A DNA stretch of 60,164 bases from an uncultured Gemmatimonadaceae bacterium (GTDB taxonomy: Bacteria; Latescibacterota; UBA2968; UBA8231), in assembly GCA_937919035.1 (NCBI GenBank), contig CALFPI010000259.1, forward strand, positions 1 to 60,164, read 5' to 3'. This document shows positions 35,453-44,509 of the stretch, one piece after another. A program made the position numbers and the translations under genes. The notes under the pieces were generated by a model. The model saw only the letters and a program-made list of their open reading frames with translations. It was not told the DNA's origin and searched no databases. Each line of letters begins with the position of its first letter. Within the stretch, counting starts at the first letter, position 1.

Positions 35453-35479
35453 ATATCGGGTCAGGTTGGGATTGCTTTA
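35453..35479 (-). promoter_or_regulatory. Sigma28 (FliA)-type promoter for flagellin
   Basis: The minus strand reads TAAA-N15-CCCGATAT, against the consensus TAAA-N15-GCCGATAA. It lies about 110 nt upstream of the flagellin ATG. Confidence 0.6.
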
Positions 35480-35491
35480 GGGTTTTTTCTG

Positions 35492-35526
35492 GCACCTGGG
35501 CCAAGCACCTGGGCCAAGCACCGGGG
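35492..35526. repeat. 13-bp tandem repeat x2.7 (gcacctgggccaa)
   Basis: Two perfect copies plus a partial one. It sits between the zinc-ribbon gene stop and the flagellin promoter. Confidence 0.9.
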
Positions 35527-35536
35527 ACGGCCCCAG

Positions 35537-35968
35537 TCAGGACTCTTCGTCCTGCTGCGGGATTGCCGTCCGGCCCATGTGCTGGTCGGTGTCAGCATCG
35601 GGACGCACACCGGTGATCTTGCCAACGCGTTTGGCCCAGGTCTCTTCCAGCCGCTGCAGGTAGCGGGTGACGGCCGTCATCTCCTGCCCCTTTTGCGAAA
35701 TCATACGTTCGAACAAGGCCTCGCCGATGATGCCTTCTGCATGGGACTGCCGCAGCTGATCGGCGGCAGCCTTCAGGGAGTACAACCGGCTGACCTGCTC
35801 CAGGACATCCTGCTCGACGCGGTTCAGCGCTCCGTCGACCTGAATCCCAGCGGCGATGCGTCGGGCCCCGTCGAGGTCGTAGTCATGCTCAAATCGCAGG
35901 TGTCCATTGAGGCCGCGCAGTGAGACCCGCTTGCCGCATTCGGGACAAGTAACCTTGATCTCCGCCAT
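35537..35968 (-). CDS. Zinc-ribbon / C2H2-like small protein, unknown function
   Basis: The N-terminus MAEIKVTCPECGKRVSLRGLNGHLRFEH carries CxxC...HxxxH. The rest is helical. ATG 35968 was chosen. Confidence 0.5.
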   Translation of the reverse strand: MAEIKVTCPECGKRVSLRGLNGHLRFEHDYDLDGARRIAAGIQVDGALNRVEQDVLEQVSRLYSLKAAADQLRQSHAEGIIGEALFERMISQKGQEMTAVTRYLQRLEETWAKRVGKITGVRPDADTDQHMGRTAIPQQDEES

Positions 35969-36060
35969 GATGTCGTGCCGTGTCTCCGTGGTCGAGTCGG
36001 ATGGTCCACCGGCTGGAATATACCATGCGCCGCAGATCTGAGGCACGCCGCGTTTCCTGG

Positions 36061-36100
36061 CCCGAACCCTGAGCCGAACCCTGACCCGAACCTTGACCCC
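36061..36100. repeat. 12-bp tandem repeat x3.3 (cccgaaccctga) in a divergent promoter region
   Basis: The copies are at 36061, 36073 and 36085 with single substitutions. The last copy creates TTGACC. Confidence 0.9.
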
Positions 36101-36121
36101 ATAATGTCGTCAGGGTAGTGT
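36093..36121 (+). promoter_or_regulatory. Candidate promoter TTGACC-N17-TAGTGT, implying a leaderless or near-leaderless mRNA
   Basis: The -10 ends 7 nt before ATG 36129. There is no purine-rich SD upstream of the ATG. Confidence 0.35.
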
Positions 36122-36128
36122 CTATTTC

Positions 36129-37133
36129 ATGATGGAAATACAACATCCATACGTGCTGTTTCTTGGTGATGCCGCCGATCATCTGGCGGCCAAGACCGCC
36201 GATGGCGTGGCCCGCTGGCGCCCCGATTGGTGTGTCGGACAACTGCGTCTGCCGGGATGCATGGCAGATATCGGCTTGCCCGACGTCGAGTTGAAGACCG
36301 CGTACCAGGATGGCGCCCGGACGCTGCTCGTCGGTGTCGCCAACCGTGGTGGCCTTGTCTCCGAGGAGTGGATGGCGACGCTGCTGCAAGCGCTTGACTT
36401 GGGCTACGACATCGCCTGCGGACTGCACAATCGCCTCAATCACATTCCGCGTCTGGCCGAACGGGCCGCCGCTCTGGGGCGCAAACTTTTCGATGTGCGC
36501 CATCCCGACGTCAAACTTTCCGTTGGCAACGGCAGACCGCGGACCGGCAAGCGACTGCTGACGGTGGGCACGGACTGTTCCTCGGGTAAGATGTTCACGG
36601 CCCTGTCGATCGAACGGGAGATGAAGACCCGCGGCATGGCCGCCGACTTCCGCGCCACGGGACAGACTGGTATCCTGATCGCCGGTGGTGGCATCTGTGT
36701 TGATGCCGTCATTGCCGATTTCATCGCCGGCGCCGTCGAGTGGCTGACACCTGCCGCCGACGACGAGCACTGGGATTTGATCGAGGGACAGGGCTCGTTG
36801 TTCCATGCCTCCTACGCCGGCGTGTCACTTGGGTTGCTGCACGGCGCCCAGGCGGACGCGCTGGTCATGTGTCACGAGCCAACACGAACGCACATGCGCG
36901 GACTGCCCGATGCTGCGCTGCCGGGTCTGGCAGAGTGTATCGCACTCAACGAGCGCTGTGGTCGGCTGACCAACGCGGCCTGCCGGGTCGTGGGCATCTC
37001 GGTCAATACAGCCGCCTTCGACGTCGGCGGCGCAGAACGTGTTCTTCGCGGGATCGAGGACGAGACCGGGCTGCCGACGGTCGACGCCTACCGTCAGGGC
37101 GCTGGTCGACTCGTCGACGCCCTCCACAGTTGA
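36129..37133 (+). CDS. DUF1611-family protein (DgcN-like N-acetyltransferase)
   Basis: The pattern TVGTDCSSGKMFT...GQTGILIAGGG...IEGQGSLFHASYAG is typical of DUF1611. It is paired with an enolase-superfamily epimerase, as is usual for this family. Confidence 0.7.
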   Translation: MMEIQHPYVLFLGDAADHLAAKTADGVARWRPDWCVGQLRLPGCMADIGLPDVELKTAYQDGARTLLVGVANRGGLVSEEWMATLLQALDLGYDIACGLHNRLNHIPRLAERAAALGRKLFDVRHPDVKLSVGNGRPRTGKRLLTVGTDCSSGKMFTALSIEREMKTRGMAADFRATGQTGILIAGGGICVDAVIADFIAGAVEWLTPAADDEHWDLIEGQGSLFHASYAGVSLGLLHGAQADALVMCHEPTRTHMRGLPDAALPGLAECIALNERCGRLTNAACRVVGISVNTAAFDVGGAERVLRGIEDETGLPTVDAYRQGAGRLVDALHS

Positions 37134-37148
37134 GCCTGGATCCGCTCG

Positions 37149-38132
37149 GTGCGTGAGATCGCCTTCCACGACGAGTCCTTCCCGATCGCCGGGGCCTTCA
37201 CCATATCTCGTGGTACAAAAACCACGGCAGACGTTCTGCTCGTCGAACTCGTCGATGGCGCCGTCAGAGGCCGGGGCGAGTGTGTGCCCTATGCCCGCTA
37301 TGGTGAATCCATGGCCAGCGTACGGGCTCAGTTGGAAAGCACCTGCCAGGCGCTGCGCAACGGCCTGACGCGGGCGCAGCTTGCTACCATGTTGCCCGCC
37401 GGCGCCGCCCGCAATGCCGTCGATTGTGCCCTGTGGGATCTTGACGCCAAACTCTCGGGCAAGGCCGTTCATGAACTGCTGGGCTGTACAGCCCCGGTGC
37501 CGGTAACGACAGCTTTCACTCTCAGTCTCGATGGGCCAACGGCGATGGGCGAGTCGGCGCGCAGACAGGCAGCACGACCGTTGCTGAAACTCAAGCTGGC
37601 CGGCGACGGCGACGACGTCGCCCGCGTCGCCGCCGTACGCAGCGGCGCACCCCGGGCTCGTCTCATCGTCGACGCCAATGAGGGCGGCACCGTCGCCACG
37701 GTGCTGGATCTGGCGTCACGCCTGGCGGAGCTCGAGGTGAGTCTCATCGAACAACCCTTGCCCGCTGCGGAGGATGCCATGCTGGCCGATATTCCACATG
37801 CCGTCCCCTTCTGCGCCGATGAGTCCTGTCACACCTCCGCTGATATCGACCGCCTGCGCCAGCGTTACGATGCCGTCAACATCAAACTCGACAAGACCGG
37901 GGGGCTCACCGAAGCGATGTGCCTCAGAGACGCGGCACGGGCGGCAGGTATGCAGATCATGGTCGGCTGCATGCTGGCGACGTCGCTGTCTATGGCGCCA
38001 GCCATGTTCATTGCCCAGGGCGCCGATGTTGTCGATCTGGATGGCCCGCTGCTGCTGGCTCGCGACCGCGAGCCGGGCCTGCACTTTGAAGGCAGCCTCG
38101 TACATCCGGCAACGCCGGATCTGTGGGGCTGA
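37149..38132 (+). CDS. Enolase-superfamily dipeptide/N-acyl-amino-acid epimerase (DgcA-like)
   Basis: KLKL..., IVDANEG, LIEQPL, ADES and KLDKTGG are the metal and catalytic Lys/Asp/Glu pattern of the MLE subgroup. The start is GTG. Confidence 0.75.
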   Translation: MREIAFHDESFPIAGAFTISRGTKTTADVLLVELVDGAVRGRGECVPYARYGESMASVRAQLESTCQALRNGLTRAQLATMLPAGAARNAVDCALWDLDAKLSGKAVHELLGCTAPVPVTTAFTLSLDGPTAMGESARRQAARPLLKLKLAGDGDDVARVAAVRSGAPRARLIVDANEGGTVATVLDLASRLAELEVSLIEQPLPAAEDAMLADIPHAVPFCADESCHTSADIDRLRQRYDAVNIKLDKTGGLTEAMCLRDAARAAGMQIMVGCMLATSLSMAPAMFIAQGADVVDLDGPLLLARDREPGLHFEGSLVHPATPDLWG

Positions 38133-38179
38133 GCGCTGTACGTCACCGGACCCACTTACATGCTGTGTTTAGCAGCAGA

Positions 38180-39439
38180 ATGATACGGATGCATAAGTTC
38201 ACCGCTGCCCTGCTTGTTAGGTTTTCGCTTGTCCTGTTCGCGGTTGGTCCCGTCGCTGCCCAGACGGGCAACACTGCCTCGCCTCTGGTCTTTCTTGACT
38301 GTGCTGCTTGTGACTTCTCCTACATCCGCCGGGAAGTGCCCTTCGTCAACTGGGTGCGCGACCGGGAGGACGCCGTCGTTCACATCCTTGTCACCGATCA
38401 GCGCACGGCTGCTGGTGGCCGCGATTTCGTTCTCGACTTCCTCGGTCGGAAGCAGCACGCCGACAGCAATGGATCGCTGCGTTATGTCGCCCAACAAGGT
38501 GACAGCGACGACGTCGAGCGACAGGGCCTGGCGCAGATTCTGAAAATCGGCCTGCTTCCGTACCTGGCGGACTCACCGATCCTCTCTCGTCTGCAGGTTT
38601 CGTACGCGGCGGTCGCCGGTGCCGTGGCACCAGCGGCGACGACAGCCGACGATCCGTGGGACAGCTGGGTCTTCAAGATTGACGGGTCTGGCTGGTTGCA
38701 GCGCGAGTCGCAACTGACCGAAATCTCTCTCGATGGTGGTCTCACTGCCGATCGGATCACCGAAGACTGGCGCATCCGCAACTATCTCGATCTCGATTAC
38801 GATGAGGATCGGTTCCAGTCCAATGGTCTCGATGCACAGAGTCAATCGCACCACTGGGCGCAGCGGTCCAACATTGTTCGCAGCATCGGACCGCATTGGT
38901 CCGTTGGCATCGCTGCTGAGGTCTGGTCGGATACGTACGACAACACGCGTCTCGGCCTGCGTCTGGCACCTGCCATGGAGTTCAGCTACTGGCCCTACGT
39001 ACTGGATCGCAAGCAACGACTCACCGTCGCCTACCACCTGGGCTCCCGGAGCCTCGACTACCGTGAACGAACCATCTTCGGGCACAAGTCCGAGACCCGG
39101 TTCGAAGAACGGCTGCAGATCGATCTGGAGCTCACACAGCCCTGGGGATCGGTACGTGGCCGCCTGGAAGGTTCGCATTACTTCCACGATGTGAACCGCT
39201 ATCGTGTCGAATCATGGGGCAGAGTGTCGCTGCGCCTGTTCCGTGGGCTCGCCCTGGATCTGGAAGCCGGGGTGGAACGGATCAATGACCAGCTGAGTCT
39301 GGCCGTGGGGGGCGCCACGCTCGAAGAGGTGCTGTTGCGGCGGCGGGAGTTGGCAACGGACTACAAGGTGTGGAGCCGTGCAGGTTTGTCCTACACCTTC
39401 GGGTCGATCTACAACAATGTCGTCAACACGCGGTTGTGA
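38180..39439 (+). CDS. Putative outer-membrane beta-barrel protein
   Basis: Signal peptide (MHKFTAALLVRFSLVLFAVGPVAAQ) and an alternating beta-strand pattern in the C-terminal 250 aa. Confidence 0.5.
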   Translation: MIRMHKFTAALLVRFSLVLFAVGPVAAQTGNTASPLVFLDCAACDFSYIRREVPFVNWVRDREDAVVHILVTDQRTAAGGRDFVLDFLGRKQHADSNGSLRYVAQQGDSDDVERQGLAQILKIGLLPYLADSPILSRLQVSYAAVAGAVAPAATTADDPWDSWVFKIDGSGWLQRESQLTEISLDGGLTADRITEDWRIRNYLDLDYDEDRFQSNGLDAQSQSHHWAQRSNIVRSIGPHWSVGIAAEVWSDTYDNTRLGLRLAPAMEFSYWPYVLDRKQRLTVAYHLGSRSLDYRERTIFGHKSETRFEERLQIDLELTQPWGSVRGRLEGSHYFHDVNRYRVESWGRVSLRLFRGLALDLEAGVERINDQLSLAVGGATLEEVLLRRRELATDYKVWSRAGLSYTFGSIYNNVVNTRL

Positions 39440-39560
39440 TCGACGCCGACCGTCAGCTCAACAGTGGGTCTGCACATTTCCTTTTGCGGTGATTAAACGA
39501 TGGGGTCATCGGCGAACGTCCAACGGGCGCTTGCCACCCATCAGCACAGGAGCGCAGACA

Positions 39561-40382
39561 ATGAAGACAAGACATATTGCAGCATGTGCAGGCCTGCTGG
39601 CCCTTACCGCCACCCTTATGACCGCCAGCATCGTTGAGGCCGGGGCGGGGCGCGGTCCGAGAGGCCAGGAGCGCCCCGGACATGGACCCGGACATGGACC
39701 CGGTGAGCATCAGGGTCGCGGCGGACCGATGCAGGTACTGGATCTGACCGCCGATCAACAGGCGCAGTTCGAGGCCCTGCGCGAAACATTCCACGCCGAG
39801 GCCCTCGCCTTGCGCCAGTCCGATGACGCGGATCGCGAGGCCTTCAAGGCCCTGCGTGCGTCCCACCGCGAGCAGTTTGAGGCGATCCTTACAGATGCGC
39901 AGAAGGCACAACTCGCAGCGCTGCACGCCGAACGGCAAGCAAGCCGTCCCGACGGTGCCAAAGGGCCCCGCCAGGGCCGCAGACCTGGGTACGGACGCGA
40001 ACCTGGAGCCCAACACATGGGTCGCCGGGGTGAACGTCCGGATCTGGGTGCCGCTCTCGGTCTGAGCCCGGAGCAGGCCACACAGATGCAGGCGCTGCGT
40101 ACCGGTCTGCGGGCACAGATGCGGGCCCTGCGTAAGAGTGGAGATCGCCCGCGCGAACAGGCCCAGGCGCTGTTTGCGGCCCATCACGAGCAGATGCGGG
40201 GGCTGCTGACAGATGCGCAGCGCACCACGCTGGAACAGTTGCAGGCGGCTCGCCCCGAGGGCGGACGCTTTGGCCGTCCCAGTGATGCAGCCGCACCCGA
40301 GGCAACAACCGACACCGCAGAGAAATCGGCTGAATCGGCACAGAGCCGCAGTTGGGGTTCGGTGAAGTCCGGCAAACGGTAG
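39561..40382 (+). CDS. Spy/CpxP-family (LTxxQ repeat) periplasmic protein
   Basis: Signal peptide, then four LTxxQ-type motifs (LTADQQAQ, LTDAQKAQL, LSPEQATQM, LTDAQRTTL). Confidence 0.7.
   Translation: MKTRHIAACAGLLALTATLMTASIVEAGAGRGPRGQERPGHGPGHGPGEHQGRGGPMQVLDLTADQQAQFEALRETFHAEALALRQSDDADREAFKALRASHREQFEAILTDAQKAQLAALHAERQASRPDGAKGPRQGRRPGYGREPGAQHMGRRGERPDLGAALGLSPEQATQMQALRTGLRAQMRALRKSGDRPREQAQALFAAHHEQMRGLLTDAQRTTLEQLQAARPEGGRFGRPSDAAAPEATTDTAEKSAESAQSRSWGSVKSGKR
39676..39703. repeat. 12-bp tandem repeat x2.3 (ccggacatggac), coding
   Basis: It encodes PGHGPGHGPG in the Spy-like protein. Confidence 0.9.
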
Positions 40383-40463
40383 TTCCTGTTACGCCGGGAT
40401 GGCAGACCTGGAGGGCCGCTCCCGCGTCGGGGTGGCCCTGCTTTCTGTTGCTATCGGGCTGCG

Positions 40464-41417
40464 CTACTGCTGGGCGACCTGCGACCACAACGCATTGAAG
40501 TGTTCGGGCCGGGCCGGATCGTCGAGGCGGTACAGATCGACAGCGTATTCGGTCTCCCCTGTGTGTCGCACACTGCGCACGACGATGGGCAGAGCCGTCG
40601 ACGCGGCTGCCGCCACGAGGACCGTGCGCGGCAACTTGTGTGCAGGCGGGCGCAGGCTGACGCGACACTCGTAGATGACATCGAAGCCCAGATCGAGCTG
40701 CAGGCCCAAGGTTGCCGCCGCCGCAACCTGCATGGCGGTTGCCGTATACACATAAAGCCGCGATTCAGTCTGCCCGAAGACCCGGCGCACAGCCGGTCGC
40801 CCCTTGTCATCCGTCGTGCATTCCACCGTGTCTCCGGGTTCGAGCTCACGCAACAACCGGCGTGTTTTCTTGCCGGGTTTTCCAGGCAGTACCAGGGGCC
40901 GGCGAATGCCAAATCCCAGATCGACGGCGGGCACCTGCAGGCCCGTCGCGTCAACAGCAGAGACAATGCGATACGTCCCCGGACGCGACAGGGTCGGCGC
41001 CGACACCCCGACGGGTGCTGTGTTGAGATGCTCCTGCAGACGCCGCACGCTCCAGCCGCCGGCCGCGACACGGGTCGTCAGCCGGCGGCGCGCACCATCG
41101 TCATCGACCGTGACCAGCAGACGGCAGAGGCTCCAACCCAGCTGCGCCGAGGCCTCGGCGGGCAATCTTTCGTGCACCTTGCGCGCCCGGTAGAGGGTCC
41201 GTGGCAACAGGCCCAGATCCGCCGCCAGTCGAGCCATGAGACGTTGGCCGTAGGCGGCACGACCGGCGAGATGTTCGTTGAGCAGGCGCCCCACTTCCCA
41301 GTAGGCGCCGGCGGCGGCACGCTCGGGTGGGCGGCGGGTACCGCTGCCGTCGGCCGGCAGCACGCGTGCGACAGCGTCGCATAGAAGTCGATACCCGGGG
41401 GTCTCGTCCTCATGCAT
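40464..41417 (-). CDS. YhcG_N (DUF1016 N-terminal)-domain protein with a non-PDDEXK C-terminus
   Basis: AYWEVGRLLNEHL...YGQRLMARLAADLG...LGWSLCRLLVTVDDD...GGWSVRRLQEHL matches the YhcG N-domain pattern. The C-terminal 170 aa contain two xVDLGFx segments. Alternative starts at 41441 and 41462 would overlap the CheY stop. Confidence 0.5.
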   Translation of the reverse strand: MHEDETPGYRLLCDAVARVLPADGSGTRRPPERAAAGAYWEVGRLLNEHLAGRAAYGQRLMARLAADLGLLPRTLYRARKVHERLPAEASAQLGWSLCRLLVTVDDDGARRRLTTRVAAGGWSVRRLQEHLNTAPVGVSAPTLSRPGTYRIVSAVDATGLQVPAVDLGFGIRRPLVLPGKPGKKTRRLLRELEPGDTVECTTDDKGRPAVRRVFGQTESRLYVYTATAMQVAAAATLGLQLDLGFDVIYECRVSLRPPAHKLPRTVLVAAAASTALPIVVRSVRHTGETEYAVDLYRLDDPARPEHFNALWSQVAQQ

Positions 41418-41430
41418 GGCGGCTGTCGAC

Positions 41431-41865
41431 TCAGGCTCCATCTGTAGTACTGGCGCCCCCACCGAGTGTCAGATGCAGAACCTTCAGCAGGCGATCCGTG
41501 GAAATCGGTTTGCGCAGGACTCCGGCTACCTTCTGACCCTTCTGCTTGAACTCGGTGCTGGCAGATTCGGTGCAGACGATGACTTTCACCGCTGGATCCA
41601 GTTGCTGCAGTTTGGCCAGAATTTTTTCGCCCGGCACGTCGGGCAACACGATATCAAGAATGACGAGGGCGATGTCACGCTTGTGGGCCAGATAACTCTG
41701 CAGACCCTCGATTCCGGATGCGGCCTCGAAAGTCTCGAACCCGTAGTACTCGAGATTCTTCGCCAGCGTCTTGCGCGCGATGTTGGAGTCATCGATCACG
41801 AGAATGGCATGTTTGCCGCCCTGCGTCGCCAGCACTTTGCCGAGATCAATGTTGAGTTTTCCCAT
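41431..41865 (-). CDS. Single-domain CheY-like response regulator
   Basis: ILVIDDSNIARK...LVILDIVLPDVPG...KVIVCT...KP. Confidence 0.85.
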   Translation of the reverse strand: MGKLNIDLGKVLATQGGKHAILVIDDSNIARKTLAKNLEYYGFETFEAASGIEGLQSYLAHKRDIALVILDIVLPDVPGEKILAKLQQLDPAVKVIVCTESASTEFKQKGQKVAGVLRKPISTDRLLKVLHLTLGGGASTTDGA

Positions 41866-41998
41866 GGGGGTGCAATCTCGCCCGAATGGGCACGGGCGGC
41901 AAGATCACGGAGCGGGGAATCAGGCACTTTTCTTGCACGATCCGTAGATTATGGCCGTCACACGCTTTGCAGCGCCCCGCTCCCACCCGGAAGAACCC

Positions 41999-44476
41999 AT
42001 GACGATTTCTCCTGACCTTCAACGCTCCGGTTCTCTCGCCGACGATGCCGCGCAGCACCTGCGCCTGTCGTTGGCGAAGGACCGGTACTCGGCCACGCGA
42101 CACGATCGCTTCCTCAGTCTGGCCATGGCCGTTCGTGACCGCCTCGTGGATCAGTGGATTGACACCCAGCAGCGCTACTACGAGACCGACACGCGCCGTG
42201 TCTACTACATGTCCCTCGAGTTCATGACCGGCCGCTTGCTGGCCAACGCATTGATCAACCTGGATCTCTACGACGAAGCCGAGCGGGCCACGGCCGGCAG
42301 CGGCCACGACTTTGCCAGCCTGCTGGAACAGGAGTCGGAACCGGGTCTGGGCAACGGGGGCCTGGGGCGCCTGGCGGCGTGCTTCCTCGATTCGGCGGCC
42401 ACTCTCGAGTTGCCCGTCTTCGGCTACGGACTGCGCTACGAGTACGGCATCTTTCAGCAGCGCATTTTTGATGGTTTTCAGGTGGAGGCACCCGACAACT
42501 GGCTGCGCTACACCAACCCCTGGGAGATCCCACGACCCGAGAAGGTCTACCCGGTGCGGTTCTACGGTCGGGTCGAAGAAGGTGCCGATGCCCGGGGCCA
42601 CCTGCGGTTCTCATGGGTCGGCGGCGAGCAGGTCCTGGCCATGGCCTACGATACGCCTGTGCCTGGTTTCAGCAACGGCACGGTCAACACCCTGCGCCTG
42701 TGGTCGGCCAAAGCCACGAGGGAGTTCAATCTCGAACACTTCAACTATGGTGACTACGAGAAGGCTGTCGAGGACAAGAACCGTACCGAGACGATCACGC
42801 GCGTGTTGTATCCGAACGACAACTTCTTCGTCGGCCGGGAACTGCGCCTCAAGCAACAGTATTTCCTGGTGTCGGCAACCCTGCAGGATGCCCTGGCACG
42901 CTGGTTCCGGCTGCACCGCGGTTTCAGCGGCTTCGCCGTCAAACACGCCTTCCAGTTGAATGATACCCATCCCTCCATCGCCATCGCCGAGCTGATGCGG
43001 ATCCTCGTGGATGAGGCGTCGCTGCGCTGGGAGGAGGCCTGGGAGATCACCGTGCAGTGCTTCGGCTACACGAACCACACAATCCTGCCGGAAGCATTGG
43101 AGAAGTGGCGTGTGTCGCTGTTGGAACGCGTCCTGCCGCGACACATGCAGATCATCTACGAGATCAACCGCCGGTTCCTCGAACAGGTCAAAGTTCACCG
43201 TCCGGGTGACGTCGATCTGCTGCGGCGAACCTCACTGATCGAAGAGGGCGACGAGAAGCGCGTGCGTATGGCACACCTGGCCATCGTCGGCAGCCATGCC
43301 GTCAACGGTGTTGCAGCGTTGCATTCACGCATCCTCCGTGATGACCTGTTTCGCGATTTTTCCCAGCTCTGGCCCCACAAATTCCGCAACAAGACGAATG
43401 GCATCACGCCGCGCCGTTGGTTGCGGCAGTGCAACCCACGACTGGCGCAGCTGATCACCGAGCACATCGGCGACGGGTGGATTCGTGACCTGTCAGCCCT
43501 GCAGGCGCTGGAGCCATGGGCCGACGATGCCGGGTTCCGCAGCGCCTGGCGGCAGATCAAGCGCAGCAACAGAGTCGACCTGGCGACCTACATCACCTCC
43601 CGAAGCCACGTCGCCATCAATCCCGATGCCATGCTCGACGTACAGATCAAGCGCATCCACGAATACAAGCGGCAATTGCTCAACCTGCTGCATATCGTGG
43701 CTCTCTACCACCGGGTGAAAGCCGATCACAGCCTCGACATCGTGCCACGGACGGTGCTCTTCGCCGGCAAGGCCGCCCCCGCCTACTACACGGCCAAGAT
43801 GATCATCAAGCTCGTGCATGCCGTCGGCCAGATGGTCAACGATGACGCCGATATGGCGGGCCGTCTGCGCGTCGTCTTCCTGCCCAACTACGATGTGTCG
43901 CAGGCGCAGCGCATCATCCCCGCCGCCGATCTGTCCGAGCAGATTTCGACCACTGGCATGGAAGCGTCGGGCACGGGCAACATGAAGCTGTCCCTCAACG
44001 GCGCCCTGACCATCGGCACATTGGACGGCGCCAACATCGAGATCGCCGAAGCCGTGGGGGAAGAGAATATCTTCCTCTTTGGTCCTGATGTGGACGAGGT
44101 CCGGCAACGTCGGGCTGCAGGTTATGATCCTCTTGCCATCTATGAAAGCAACCGCGAACTGCGCGCCGTCATCGATTTCCTCGCTTCCGGCGCGCTGTCG
44201 CCGGGGCGGCCGGATCTGTTTGCCCCGATCGTCGAGTCACTGCTGCATCGTGGTGACCCGTTTCTCGTGCTGGCCGACTTCGACGCCTATGTGACGGCCC
44301 AGGAACGTGTCGATGCTGCCTGGCGCGATCCGGAGGCGTGGAGCCGCAAGTCGATTCTCAACAGTGCGCGGATGGGGCGCTTCTCGTCGGATCGAACCGT
44401 GTGGGAGTACGCCATGGATATCTGGAAAGTGCAGCCGGTGCCAAGGCAGATGGCCGAAGCTGCCGTCGCCGGCTAA
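41999..44476 (+). CDS. glgP: Glycogen/maltodextrin phosphorylase
   Basis: 825 aa with the PLP-lysine motif EASGTGNMKLSLNGALTIGTLDGANIEI. The N-terminus YYMSLEFMTGRLL is typical. Confidence 0.95.
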   Translation: MTISPDLQRSGSLADDAAQHLRLSLAKDRYSATRHDRFLSLAMAVRDRLVDQWIDTQQRYYETDTRRVYYMSLEFMTGRLLANALINLDLYDEAERATAGSGHDFASLLEQESEPGLGNGGLGRLAACFLDSAATLELPVFGYGLRYEYGIFQQRIFDGFQVEAPDNWLRYTNPWEIPRPEKVYPVRFYGRVEEGADARGHLRFSWVGGEQVLAMAYDTPVPGFSNGTVNTLRLWSAKATREFNLEHFNYGDYEKAVEDKNRTETITRVLYPNDNFFVGRELRLKQQYFLVSATLQDALARWFRLHRGFSGFAVKHAFQLNDTHPSIAIAELMRILVDEASLRWEEAWEITVQCFGYTNHTILPEALEKWRVSLLERVLPRHMQIIYEINRRFLEQVKVHRPGDVDLLRRTSLIEEGDEKRVRMAHLAIVGSHAVNGVAALHSRILRDDLFRDFSQLWPHKFRNKTNGITPRRWLRQCNPRLAQLITEHIGDGWIRDLSALQALEPWADDAGFRSAWRQIKRSNRVDLATYITSRSHVAINPDAMLDVQIKRIHEYKRQLLNLLHIVALYHRVKADHSLDIVPRTVLFAGKAAPAYYTAKMIIKLVHAVGQMVNDDADMAGRLRVVFLPNYDVSQAQRIIPAADLSEQISTTGMEASGTGNMKLSLNGALTIGTLDGANIEIAEAVGEENIFLFGPDVDEVRQRRAAGYDPLAIYESNRELRAVIDFLASGALSPGRPDLFAPIVESLLHRGDPFLVLADFDAYVTAQERVDAAWRDPEAWSRKSILNSARMGRFSSDRTVWEYAMDIWKVQPVPRQMAEAAVAG

Positions 44477-44478
44477 AG

Positions 44479-44509
44479 CCCCCCGGCGAAAACATCAGTC
44501 ACCGGGGGG
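44479..44509. terminator. Hairpin between convergent glgP and glpD
   Basis: ccccccgg-N15-ccgggggg forms an 8-bp GC stem. The right arm overlaps the last glpD codons. There is no clear U-tract. Confidence 0.3.

Noticed and set aside
39378-39560. Upstream extension of the Spy-like ORF.
   Set aside because: It overlaps the end of the outer-membrane protein gene. A signal peptide begins at ATG 39561.
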